In this document: one piece after another, positions 45,879 through 55,800 of the stretch
Layout of the letters: every line of letters begins with the position of its first letter
How positions within the stretch are numbered: the first letter of the stretch is position 1
Virus record (IMG/VR): IMGVR_UViG_3300020450_000008
DNA from: a virus
Taxonomy: Duplodnaviria; Caudoviricetes
DNA: 64,000 nt
Strand: one strand, 5' to 3'
Notes under the pieces: model-generated
What the model saw: the letters and a program-made list of their open reading frames with translations, nothing else
The model's database searches: none
What the model was told of the DNA's origin: nothing
Program-made: the position numbers and the translations under genes

Positions 45879-46190
45879 ATGTCAAACGAATCAATATTTT
45901 TAGAAGCAGATAATGGCGGAATCGCTATATACGAAGGCGCTGGTAACAGGGTCGATTGGGCGAAAGACGTTCTTGCTCTTTCAGTTGTCATCGAAAATTG
46001 GGATCTTCTAGATAGACCTAATGTTTTCTTCACTAGCTCAATGGATTTTGCTAGTGAGAATGGTTTCAAAAGAGACCAAGACGCTAGAATTCTTTTTGGC
46101 GAAGCTTCAACAATCGTTCTTCAAAGAGAAGCCGATGAAGAAAGACTAAGAAGAAAAATGAATAGAGCAATTATTGATGGAGTTATATAA
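45879..46190 (+). CDS. Hypothetical early protein
   Basis: First ORF after promoter. Confidence 0.6.
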   Translation: MSNESIFLEADNGGIAIYEGAGNRVDWAKDVLALSVVIENWDLLDRPNVFFTSSMDFASENGFKRDQDARILFGEASTIVLQREADEERLRRKMNRAIIDGVI

Positions 46191-46492
46191 TGAGAAAAGA
46201 TTTAGCAGATATGGTAGTAACTATCTCTCAAATGACAGATAGATCAGACTTAAAAGTTTTGAATGACGCGCTTTTTAGACAGTTCAAATACTTACAGCAG
46301 CTTGAAGCTAAAAAGGCTAAAATCAAATTTAGAGTTGGTATGCCTGTTTCTTTCCACTCAAAGGTAAGTGGTAAGTTCCCACATGTCGGTAAGATCAAAA
46401 AGATCAATCGAACAAAAGCTATTGTTGCTATTCCTGGCGAATTTGATTGGAATGTACCACTAGAAAAACTAAAGTTAGAAGGAGCTGCTTAA
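46190..46492 (+). CDS. Hypothetical protein with SH3/KOW-like C-terminus
   Basis: FRVGMPVSF...GKIKKINRTKAIV...WNVP. Confidence 0.55.
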   Translation: MRKDLADMVVTISQMTDRSDLKVLNDALFRQFKYLQQLEAKKAKIKFRVGMPVSFHSKVSGKFPHVGKIKKINRTKAIVAIPGEFDWNVPLEKLKLEGAA

Positions 46493-46647
46493 TGCAAGTA
46501 CTTTATGAAGTACATTATGAAGACATCTCTGGCTGGAAATACCAGTTTATAAAGCTTACTGTAAAGCAAGCTGCAGAGATCGCGACGAGATTAGAAAAAG
46601 ATGCAAGAACCGTAAACGTACGGGTTATTCAGGAGGAGTACGTATAA
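46492..46647 (+). CDS. Small hypothetical protein
   Basis: AGGAG SD; MQVLYEVHYED. Confidence 0.45.
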   Translation: MQVLYEVHYEDISGWKYQFIKLTVKQAAEIATRLEKDARTVNVRVIQEEYV

Positions 46648-46886
46648 TGAAATGTAGATATAAATTTAAATTTCCTGTAGACGAATTTGGTCGTCCAGGT
46701 GGAATGTACAGTTTAGCTGATTTACCAGTTGTTGGTTATAAAATACTTGAAAGAGTTGGTACACTTAAGAAGCGTGATACTGCAAAAGAACTTTATGAGC
46801 TTCAAGATATTGAGAAAAACTGGACTCTTGTAGTACCATTTGAAGATGTAGAGATTATAACGTCTCCACTAACGGAGGTTATATAA
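46647..46886 (+). CDS. Hypothetical protein
   Basis: Coupled ORF with GGAGGAG SD. Confidence 0.55.
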   Translation: MKCRYKFKFPVDEFGRPGGMYSLADLPVVGYKILERVGTLKKRDTAKELYELQDIEKNWTLVVPFEDVEIITSPLTEVI

Positions 46887-47227
46887 TGGGATTTGCTTTT
46901 GATGATGAAAGACACTCAAACTACTTAGGTAGGTTTGATAGAACTAATCAATCCGATATGATGGAGCTAAACATCGCTAAAAAGATGGTTAGACATTTTA
47001 ATAAAGATCAAAGAAATAATAAATCTTTTGATAGAAGTGGTAGTCCTATCAAGACAACTCCATACAAATGGAGAATCGAATACAGAGGTCGTGAAGTCTT
47101 CAAGAAGATGGTTGTTCCAGGATTTAGCAAAGGACCTGTTAAATTTGGTCCTTGGGGCAACATTGCTGGTGGTATGAAGAATGCCAAAGTTGTAGATGCC
47201 TACATTTACAGAAGATACGAATACTAG
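46886..47227 (+). CDS. Hypothetical protein
   Basis: Coupled ORF with GGAGG SD. Confidence 0.55.
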   Translation: MGFAFDDERHSNYLGRFDRTNQSDMMELNIAKKMVRHFNKDQRNNKSFDRSGSPIKTTPYKWRIEYRGREVFKKMVVPGFSKGPVKFGPWGNIAGGMKNAKVVDAYIYRRYEY

Positions 47228-47271
47228 AATTTCTCGGTATCTTCCTTTTATTTCCTTATAACCGAGAAAGG

Positions 47272-47301
47272 AAAGGGCCCCACGTGGGCCCTTTTTGTTT
47301 T
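47272..47301 (+). terminator. Intrinsic terminator closing the early region
   Basis: AAAGGGCCC-CACGT-GGGCCCTTT then TTGTTTT. Confidence 0.8.
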
Positions 47302-47307
47302 AAACTA

Positions 47308-47315
47308 TATAAATA
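47308..47315 (+). promoter_or_regulatory. Late promoter opening the late region
   Basis: TATAAATA directly after the terminator. Confidence 0.75.
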
Positions 47316-47346
47316 GAAAGAGTTACATTTACAGAAAGAAATAGAT

Positions 47347-48165
47347 ATGGCTATCATGGCTCCCAAAAATTTTAGAGGATCTGCACTTGATCCGGTTTTT
47401 ATTAAAAGAGCAAGAATTCAAACATCTTTCAATGTTGAAGATGCTGATTTAACAAGTCTTAAATTTAAAAAAGAGATGCAGTTTCTTTATGATTTTCAGT
47501 TTTTTCCAGGCTGGTTTGAAAAGAATACACTATTAACTGGAAACAACGTGAATATAAATGCTTTCAATAGATTAGCTACTAAATTAAAGACTGCTAATCC
47601 TAGTGGTTATAAAAATCTTGTTCAGTTTACAGGACAGTACTTAGGACCTGGTGAAGTCCTACTTTATGTTCTACATGATAATCTTAAACTAGCTGGAGGA
47701 GCAACAGGCGGCGATGCTAGAATTGACTTCGCTAAAAATAATGCTGTTGTGGGACAAAACGTATATGAAATCAAAGGAGCATTAATAAGAAAAATTAGCA
47801 ATGAGTATCAGGGGTTTTCTCTTGGAGGTACTGTCCCTATGGAAAAAATTATAGGAAGAGTTTTAAGTTTAAAAGAAGAACTTGGAATATCGCAATCAAC
47901 GGCAAAGAGTGATGTTACCTTTAATGAAATTGAAGAAATGACTAGGCAGAGACCCGATGAAATGCGCAACCTGCAAAAAGAGTTTGGTGAACTTGCTAGA
48001 AAGTATTACTTTTCAAAATATAAAATTATGTTTATGCGTGCTCAAAAGTCTGATAATAATAAGCCAGATTATGGTCACATATTAGATATAAAAGACGTAC
48101 AGGCAAATGAAGTAAGAATGCAAACATATACAAGAAAAAATATGAAGGTACTAGTAAAAGTATGA
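47347..48165 (+). CDS. Hypothetical late protein
   Basis: ORF; GPGE...DA...YEIK pattern weakly recalls PD-(D/E)xK. Confidence 0.5.
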   Translation: MAIMAPKNFRGSALDPVFIKRARIQTSFNVEDADLTSLKFKKEMQFLYDFQFFPGWFEKNTLLTGNNVNINAFNRLATKLKTANPSGYKNLVQFTGQYLGPGEVLLYVLHDNLKLAGGATGGDARIDFAKNNAVVGQNVYEIKGALIRKISNEYQGFSLGGTVPMEKIIGRVLSLKEELGISQSTAKSDVTFNEIEEMTRQRPDEMRNLQKEFGELARKYYFSKYKIMFMRAQKSDNNKPDYGHILDIKDVQANEVRMQTYTRKNMKVLVKV

Positions 48166-49391
48166 ACTTTGCAGATTACATAGATCTTAACGAAGCCAAA
48201 AATACTCATATGACTCATATTGAGGATAAAGTAATTTATGGTGGAGTAAATGGAACTAGAGAAGCAATATTTGCATTGAGAGATATGAGGGATATGCTTT
48301 CTGGTGTAAAGGAAGGTAGTGTTAGCGTAAAGTGGGACGGCGCACCTGCAATATTCTGTGGAATAGATCCTAGTGACAATAAATTTTTTGTAGCTAAAAA
48401 AGGTATATTTAATAAAAATCCTAAAGTATATAAATCAAATTCTGATATAGATGCAGATTCAGAAGGTGCATTAAATAAAAAGTTAAAGCTTGCTTTAAAG
48501 TATTTGCCTGATCTTGGAATAAAAGGTGTCATACAAGGAGACTTTTTATTTGGTCCTGGCGATGTATCGAAACAGAAAATAAAAGGAAACAGATATTTAA
48601 CATTCCATCCTAATACAATAGTATATGCTATACCTGATGGAACTCCTTCATCACTTGAAATCAAAAGAGCAAAGATAGGTATTGTATGGCATACGTCTTA
48701 TAGTGGATCATCTTTTGAATCAATGAGCGCGTCTTATGGAGTTGATGTAAAGGCTTTAAAGAAATCTCCAAATGTTTGGTCTCAAGATGCAATGTTAAAA
48801 AGTGTGATGGGTGCCACTATGACTGCCAAAGATACTGAATTTGTAAATAAAAACTTAAGTGAAATAGGAAGAATATTCAACAGAATAGCAGGAAGTACTT
48901 TAAGACAACTTGAAGGTAATAAAGATTTAGCCCAGCATATAGAACAACATTCAAATACTTTTGTAAGAGCTGGTCAGGTTCCTCCAGATCCTAAAAGAAG
49001 AGTTGCAGCTTTGATTAAATTTATAGACAATAAGTATAAGAAAGAAATGGATTCAAGAAAAACAGAAAGAGGTAAAGCGTTACAAAGAAAAAAATTAGAT
49101 GCTTTACTCGATTTCTTTTCACCACGCAACAGAGCAAGTTTAGAACAGCTTTTTGACCTTCAAAGATTAATTGTACTTGTAAAATTAAAACTTATAAATA
49201 TACTAAATCGACTTAATAAATTAGATACGTTTGTTAAGACGAGGAATGGTTACAAAACAACAGGGCAAGAAGGCTACGTAGCAATAGACAGACTTGGTGG
49301 TGATGCGGTAAAGATTGTTGATAGATTAGAATTTTCATACAACAACTTTTCGCCAAATGTATTAAAGGGATGGGACAAAGCCGGGAGATAA
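48162..49391 (+). CDS. ATP-dependent ligase-like (KxDG nucleotidyltransferase fold) conserved phage protein
   Basis: SVKWDGAP motif I, IQGDFLF motif III-like, EGYVA motif IV, AVKIV motif V. Confidence 0.55.
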   Translation: MNFADYIDLNEAKNTHMTHIEDKVIYGGVNGTREAIFALRDMRDMLSGVKEGSVSVKWDGAPAIFCGIDPSDNKFFVAKKGIFNKNPKVYKSNSDIDADSEGALNKKLKLALKYLPDLGIKGVIQGDFLFGPGDVSKQKIKGNRYLTFHPNTIVYAIPDGTPSSLEIKRAKIGIVWHTSYSGSSFESMSASYGVDVKALKKSPNVWSQDAMLKSVMGATMTAKDTEFVNKNLSEIGRIFNRIAGSTLRQLEGNKDLAQHIEQHSNTFVRAGQVPPDPKRRVAALIKFIDNKYKKEMDSRKTERGKALQRKKLDALLDFFSPRNRASLEQLFDLQRLIVLVKLKLINILNRLNKLDTFVKTRNGYKTTGQEGYVAIDRLGGDAVKIVDRLEFSYNNFSPNVLKGWDKAGR

Positions 49392-49393
49392 AA

Positions 49394-49936
49394 ATGAGTT
49401 TACCTAGAAACTTAAGTTTTAAAGATTTAATGCTAAAAGAACCAGTCGACTTTAAAGCGGCTGGAGAAGATGAGTACATAAAGTACAGAAGACATCGCAG
49501 AAGAGCTCTTGATATGGAAGAAGCAACTCAAGAACTCGATGAAATCCTCTCAATCATGAATAGAAAAAGATCAGAAATGACTCAACCAGAGTTAGAAGAA
49601 GCTTTGTCTATGATACAAAGACTCAAAAAAGCAAGAGCACTTAGAAGATTTAAAGCAAAAATAAAAAGAGGAGCGGCTTTAGCAAAAAGAAGATTTGCTA
49701 ATATTGCAACTCTTACAAAGAGAGCTCAAAGAGCGGCTCGTAATCTTATAGTTACACGAATAACTAAAGGCGTAAGGAAGGGTGAGCTACCATTTGCCAG
49801 AAGAGCAGAAATAGAAAAAAGAATGAGTTCCCCTGCGCTAAAAAATAGAATTGCAACTATCGCTAAAAGACTTATTCCTATAATGAGAAAAAAAGAAATG
49901 GCGAGAAAGAAAAGTCAGGCGGCAAATAGAGCATGA
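49394..49936 (+). CDS. Basic hypothetical late protein
   Basis: Arg/Lys-rich helical C-terminus; likely start 49394. Confidence 0.55.
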   Translation: MSLPRNLSFKDLMLKEPVDFKAAGEDEYIKYRRHRRRALDMEEATQELDEILSIMNRKRSEMTQPELEEALSMIQRLKKARALRRFKAKIKRGAALAKRRFANIATLTKRAQRAARNLIVTRITKGVRKGELPFARRAEIEKRMSSPALKNRIATIAKRLIPIMRKKEMARKKSQAANRA

Positions 49937-51240
49937 TAAATTCATTTAAACAATATTTAGTTGAAGAAGAGAAGTCAGTTTATTTTACCTTTGGTAGAAT
50001 GAACCCTCCCACTATTGGTCATGGAAAACTTATTGGCAAGTTAGCGGCCAAAGCTGGTAGAAATCCATATAGAATATATGTATCACAAAGTCAAGATTCT
50101 AAAAAGAATCCTTTATCGTATGTTGATAAAGTAAAATTTGCAAGAAAAATGTTTAAAAGACATTCAAGATTTATTATAATGGATAAAAAGATAAAATCAG
50201 TAATGGATGTTGGAACCAAATTATATGATGAAGGATTTAGGTCTATCAACATGGTAGTAGGAGATGATAGAATAAATGAATTTAAGGCTTTACTAAAAAC
50301 CTATAATGGTAAAAAAAGTCGACATGGTTTTTATAATTTTAAAGAAATCAATGTTATTTCTGCTGGAGAAAGAGATCCAGATTCAGAAGGAGCTGAAGGA
50401 GCTTCAGCTACAAAACAGAGAACAGCAGCACAAAATAAAGATTTTGTATCATTTGCTCAGGGTCTTCCAAAAGATATGTCAAATAAAGATGCCAAAGGAT
50501 TATTTAATGCGGTGAGGTTAGGTATGGGATTGAAAGAAGAAACTGAATTTAAAACTAAAATAAAACTTAATACAGTATCTGAAGTACGAGAAAACTTTGT
50601 TGCCGGTGATATATTTCATATTGGTGATAGAGTTGTAATTAAAGAGACTGATGAAGTAGCTATCATATCACATAGAGGATCTAACTATGTAATATTAGAA
50701 AAAAGTGATAATACTATAGTTCGTAAATGGATTGATACGATAGAGCCACTTGAAGAGTATTACGAAGTTGGAACAGCAGATATGGTTAATCATTATGCAA
50801 AAGGAACACCAGGTCAATATCCTCCATCTTTTAAAGTCGAAACAACAAGATCAAGTGGACCGCAGGATCCGGATATAAAAGATAGACCAGGATCACAACC
50901 AAAGGGTTATCACAAGGGAATGTCTAAGACAACAAAAATTGCAAGAGACAGACAATTTAAGAAACAAACAGACATGCCATCAAATATGGCTAAAGATGCT
51001 CCAGGTGATAAAGAAGCTCGTAAAAAACCTATGCCTAAATCTAAGCATACAAAAGAATATGAAAGAAGATTTGGTAAGAGTAATGAAGATGCTGTAGTAA
51101 AAGCTAAAGAAGTAATAGCAAAGAAAAAAGAAAGATTAGATACACAATCTGATAGATTGTTAGCTCGAGCAAGAATTGTAAGGGCTAATAGAAAAATGGC
51201 AAAAGCCAGAATGAAAAATATGCAAATGAAAGGGAACTAG
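49933..51240 (+). CDS. Cytidyltransferase-like (HxGH) nucleotidyltransferase with C-terminal extensions
   Basis: FTFGRMNPPTIGH, KNPL, VVGDDR, SAGERDPD, SATKQR. Confidence 0.8.
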   Translation: MINSFKQYLVEEEKSVYFTFGRMNPPTIGHGKLIGKLAAKAGRNPYRIYVSQSQDSKKNPLSYVDKVKFARKMFKRHSRFIIMDKKIKSVMDVGTKLYDEGFRSINMVVGDDRINEFKALLKTYNGKKSRHGFYNFKEINVISAGERDPDSEGAEGASATKQRTAAQNKDFVSFAQGLPKDMSNKDAKGLFNAVRLGMGLKEETEFKTKIKLNTVSEVRENFVAGDIFHIGDRVVIKETDEVAIISHRGSNYVILEKSDNTIVRKWIDTIEPLEEYYEVGTADMVNHYAKGTPGQYPPSFKVETTRSSGPQDPDIKDRPGSQPKGYHKGMSKTTKIARDRQFKKQTDMPSNMAKDAPGDKEARKKPMPKSKHTKEYERRFGKSNEDAVVKAKEVIAKKKERLDTQSDRLLARARIVRANRKMAKARMKNMQMKGN

Positions 51241-51241
51241 T

Positions 51242-51520
51242 ATGCTTAAATTTAAAGAACACGTTAGGCAAATCGAAGAGAAAGCTGATTCTGGTATAGC
51301 CGCAAAAGCAAAAAAGTCAGGTATGCCAGCAGGAATATTAAGACAGGTTTATAACAGAGGAATGGCAGCATGGAAAACAGGTCACAGACCTGGAACGACT
51401 CCACAACAATGGGCCATGGCAAGAGTCAACTCTTTTGTAACAAAATCTTCTGGAACATGGGGCAAAGCAGATAAAGACCTGGCCGCAAAAGTCAGAGCTT
51501 CTAAAAAGAAGAAAGGGTAA
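51242..51520 (+). CDS. Conserved small basic phage protein
   Basis: KSG....L..VYNRG.AAW..GHRPG.T.QQWA.ARVNSF. Confidence 0.7.
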   Translation: MLKFKEHVRQIEEKADSGIAAKAKKSGMPAGILRQVYNRGMAAWKTGHRPGTTPQQWAMARVNSFVTKSSGTWGKADKDLAAKVRASKKKKG

Positions 51521-51524
51521 ACCA

Positions 51525-52349
51525 ATGGCACTTATCGATGAGTTAAGAGAAAATTACAATGCTCTCTTCGAGGATAAAGATGATGAGAAAATGAAATTTG
51601 ATCCTAAAGAGTATGATAATGAAGGAGAAATGGCTAAAGACCAATTACTAATAATGTCAGATGCTGCAGGCGAATTGCACGACATGATTGATGATGAAGA
51701 GAATCTTCCTGAATGGTGTCAAAATAAAATAACTAAAGCCATGGACTACGTCGATACTGTTAGAGATTACATGATTGCTAAAAAATCAAAAGTAGGCGAT
51801 ATGGATGACGATGACAAAGATGTTAAAGAACAAATGAAAGCTCCAAAAGGAGTTAGTAAAATGGTAAACAAAGCAGTCAAAGATTATAAAAAAGGCGTTA
51901 GTGAAATATCAGTTGGAATGAGAAACAAGTATTATGATGCTGCTAAAAAGGACATAGATCGTGCAAAAAGTTCAGCAGTTGGTAAGATTCTTAGAGGAAA
52001 AGAAGCTGATGGAACTCGTCATGATCATTCTATTGAACTTAGAAGAATTGCAAGACGTGAGAAAGGTATAAAAACAGCTAAGAATCAAGCAATTAAAAAT
52101 ATCAGAAGAGAGTTGTATCCAAAGAAAAAGAAAAATGAAAACATCGATCCAACATTGGAACAATGGAAACAAAAATTATCTGAATCGGTTGTCATAGAAA
52201 AATTAAAAGTATCAGATGGTATGGGTGCATGGGTTAAAGACTTTCAAAAGAGTGATGCACCACAATTTAAAGGTAAAGATGATAAGGAGAGAAGAGATAT
52301 GGCTATAGCCGCTTACTTATCAGCTAAAGATGGAGGTCAAGATGATTGA
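51525..52349 (+). CDS. Putative internal head protein
   Basis: EGEMAK.QL....D....L.D module, LPEW.Q.KI, charged low-complexity sequence. Confidence 0.55.
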   Translation: MALIDELRENYNALFEDKDDEKMKFDPKEYDNEGEMAKDQLLIMSDAAGELHDMIDDEENLPEWCQNKITKAMDYVDTVRDYMIAKKSKVGDMDDDDKDVKEQMKAPKGVSKMVNKAVKDYKKGVSEISVGMRNKYYDAAKKDIDRAKSSAVGKILRGKEADGTRHDHSIELRRIARREKGIKTAKNQAIKNIRRELYPKKKKNENIDPTLEQWKQKLSESVVIEKLKVSDGMGAWVKDFQKSDAPQFKGKDDKERRDMAIAAYLSAKDGGQDD

Positions 52350-52512
52350 TGACGAAGAAAGAAAAAAGGCAAATGAAATTAATACAAAGATTTACAATGC
52401 CTATAAAAGTGTGGCCGATAAAACTGTGTGGAAAGAAGAAGAACCACAAAACATTTCTCCAGTAGGAGAGGCATATATTAAAATGCAAGAAAAAAAGAAA
52501 GAAGATAAATGA
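52342..52512 (+). CDS. Small hypothetical protein
   Basis: GGAGG SD before ATG 52342. Confidence 0.45.
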   Translation: MIDDEERKKANEINTKIYNAYKSVADKTVWKEEEPQNISPVGEAYIKMQEKKKEDK

Positions 52513-52862
52513 AAACATTCAACGCGTTTAACGAAGATATAATTGATGCTTATTGCGAAGAATGTGATCTTTATGAAGATTTAGAAATCACAGAGGCTGA
52601 GTATCAAGGTAAAAAAGTAAAACTCAACGATCCTATTCGAGCTAACGATGGAAAGAAAAAGTTCCATGTTTATGTAAAAAATGAAAAAGGTAACGTAATA
52701 AAATTAGGATTTGGTGATCCAAATATGGAAATCAAAAGAGATGATCCTGCAAGAAGAAAATCTTTTCGTGCAAGACACAACTGCGATAACCCAGGACCAA
52801 AATACAAAGCTCGATACTGGTCATGTTATCAATGGAGAGCGAGTGCAAAGGTAGATAATTAA
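52509..52862 (+). CDS. Conserved phage protein
   Basis: AEYQGKKVKLN.P, KKF.VYV, FGDPNM.IKRD.P.RRKSFRARH.CD, ARYWSC..W. Confidence 0.7.
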   Translation: MKTFNAFNEDIIDAYCEECDLYEDLEITEAEYQGKKVKLNDPIRANDGKKKFHVYVKNEKGNVIKLGFGDPNMEIKRDDPARRKSFRARHNCDNPGPKYKARYWSCYQWRASAKVDN

Positions 52863-55800
52863 TGTCAAAGGCAAAAGCTTTAGCGAATTTAGTATTAGCG
52901 GGTGACTCCACGGATATTATTCTTGGAGACTCTAATTCTATACATCTTAAAATTCCAGGATTAGGATTAGATACTCGTGATGCTCAAGACGGTAATGCTA
53001 TATCATGGGATTCAGCAAATCAAAAATTAGAGTTTAGCGCAGCTGGTGGTGGAGCAACAAGATTTAGAAATTTAATTGATACACCTATAAATTATGTAAA
53101 TGCGGCAAGAATGTATGTAAAGGTAAATGATTCTGCAGATGGACTTATATTTGATTCGCTTTCAACATCTGATGTACCTGAAGGAATAAACCTATACTAC
53201 ACTGACGCAAGAGTTGATACTAGGTTTGATACTAGATTAGCAACAAAAACAACTGGAAATCTTACTGAAGGATCTAATCTATATTTTACGAATTCTAGAG
53301 CTCTGGCTGCAACTGATGGACAAATAGTTAAATTTGCTAATCTTTATGATTCTCTTGGTGCATTACCAAGTGCGACAACATATCATGGCATGTTTGCACA
53401 TGTACATAATGAAGGCAAAGCATATTACGCTCATGCAGGAAACTGGGTAAAACTTGCAGACTTTTCTGATGTTCCAACAACTACTAATGATTTAACAGAA
53501 GGTTCAACAAATCTTTACTATACTTTATCAAGAGATGATTCAGCTTTTGACGTAAGATTTTTAACAAAAAATACAGATAGTCTGGCTGAAGGATCTAACC
53601 TTTATTATACTCAAAGTCGAGTTGATTCAGCAATTGATTTAAGAGTTGATTCAGCGTATATAAAATTAGTAGTTGATAGTGATTATATTTTAGAAGCCGC
53701 TGATAGTACTCATATTAAATCTTTTATTACGCAATCATATATTCAAGAAAGACAGGTTTCAGTTAGAGATTCTGCATTCGTAACATCAACAGCAAGTGGT
53801 GATTACGTGAGAAGTTTCATTGATTCAAATTATGTTATTGCTCGTGCACCAGGCGGTGGTAGTGGAATAAACATACAACAAGCAAGAAATGCTATAACTC
53901 TTGTCGAATCAGATGCAACTTTAGGTGGATCATTAACTTATAATCCAGCAAATGGATTACTGACATTTAAACCATCTGAATTTTCTAATATAGTTTCGGA
54001 TGCTAGCCCACAGCTCGGTGGCAACTTAGATGTAAATGGCAATGCAATTGTTTCTGTATCCAATGCGGATATCAATATAAGTCCTTCTGGTACAGGTAAA
54101 GTTAATCTAGATGGAAATGGATCAACTTCGGGTGTATCTATTTTAGATGGCCAGATAGACATAAGAAGCAGTGTTGGAAGGCCAAAAATTCATTTACATG
54201 ATAGTGCTAACAACTTTAAAACAATACTTAAAGCCGCTCATGCAGAAAATTTAACTGCTGATGTTTTATTTCAGTTTCCTTCTGGACCAGGCGAAGCTCA
54301 ACAAGTTTTAAAGAGTGATGGAACAGGTAGAACATTTTGGCAAGCCAATCTTGCTGCTATTTTACTTGATTCTAGTCCACAACTTGGTGGCGATTTAGAT
54401 TTAAATAATTTTAGTATTATTGGCAATAATTTACAATCACAGACTATTAGCAATATACAAGAGATAGGTGCAAAATATTTTAGACAAACTGATGTAAGTG
54501 CAGGAGACAGCGCTGGCATTGTTATGATTAATAATCAACCTGGAAGTCAACCTGGTCCAAGACTTCACATGATTAGAAACTCTGGAAGTCCAAGTAACGC
54601 TGATTATATTGGTCAAATACAATTTAAAGGAACTAATAACGCAGCAAGAGTTATTAATTATTCGCAAATAAGATCAAAGATTATAAGAATCAATGACAGT
54701 GATGAAGGATCTTCGATAGAATTCTTAAATAAAAATCGTGGAATAGATCATGTAGCAATGACTCTTCAAGAATCTGATCTTACAGTTATAGGTGACGTTA
54801 ATATTGGTAGAAGAATTAGAATGAATTCTACTGAAGCTGATGTATTCATATATCAAGGAACCGCTAATAGTCATGAAACAAAATTAAGATTTACAGATCC
54901 AACTGGAGAAAGAATTATAACTGTTCCAGATGCATCGATGGAAGTAGGTAACGTTTATATTCATGAAGCAGTTATTTCTGACAATGCAGATTACAATATT
55001 GCATTTAAGAAAACTGGTGGTGCTGGTAATAACTATGATAATTTATCAGTTGATAATAATGACTTTATGTATAATCCAGCAAGTAAATTAGTAACACTTG
55101 CAGGAAACATTGTATTAAATCCTTCAAATGCTAATGCATCTATTACATTCGAAGGTGCAACAGCTGATGCTTATGAAACCACCTTTACAGTTGAAGATCC
55201 TACAGCTGATCGATCACTTTATTTACCAGATAAATCTGGAACTATGGCTGTCGTTTCTGACATACCATATTGGAAACTTAATACGATTGAGTCTGATCAA
55301 CAACCAAGACTGGGTGGTAATCTTGATATGGCAGCAAAATCTTTGCGCCAAACTTTTTATATAACAGCTTCAGGTAATAATCATTATGTATTTAATGATT
55401 CAGCAGTTCCTGATACTAATGGACCTTTCTTTCAAACAATGAATGTTCAAGATCCTGCACTTCAACTTGAAAGAGGCGTTGAATATTATTTTAACAACGT
55501 TTCTGGTGGGCACGCTCTTCAAATTCAATCTGATTCTGGACAAGGTGGAACGGCTTATAACCAAGGTGTCACTAATAATGGTGGTACTGGCTTAGTTAAG
55601 TTTTTAGTTCCTATGGATGCACCTGATAGACTATACTATCAGTGTACTAATCATGCAAATATGCAAGGTCAAATTAATGTAGGACCTCCAATTTATAATA
55701 ACTTTCAAGGAGACTTTTTACCTAAAGTAGATGTATATAAAACTCATAATGTGGTAGATGCTACTGGTGGAAATGGTTCTGGAGCAAAATTTAATATTGC

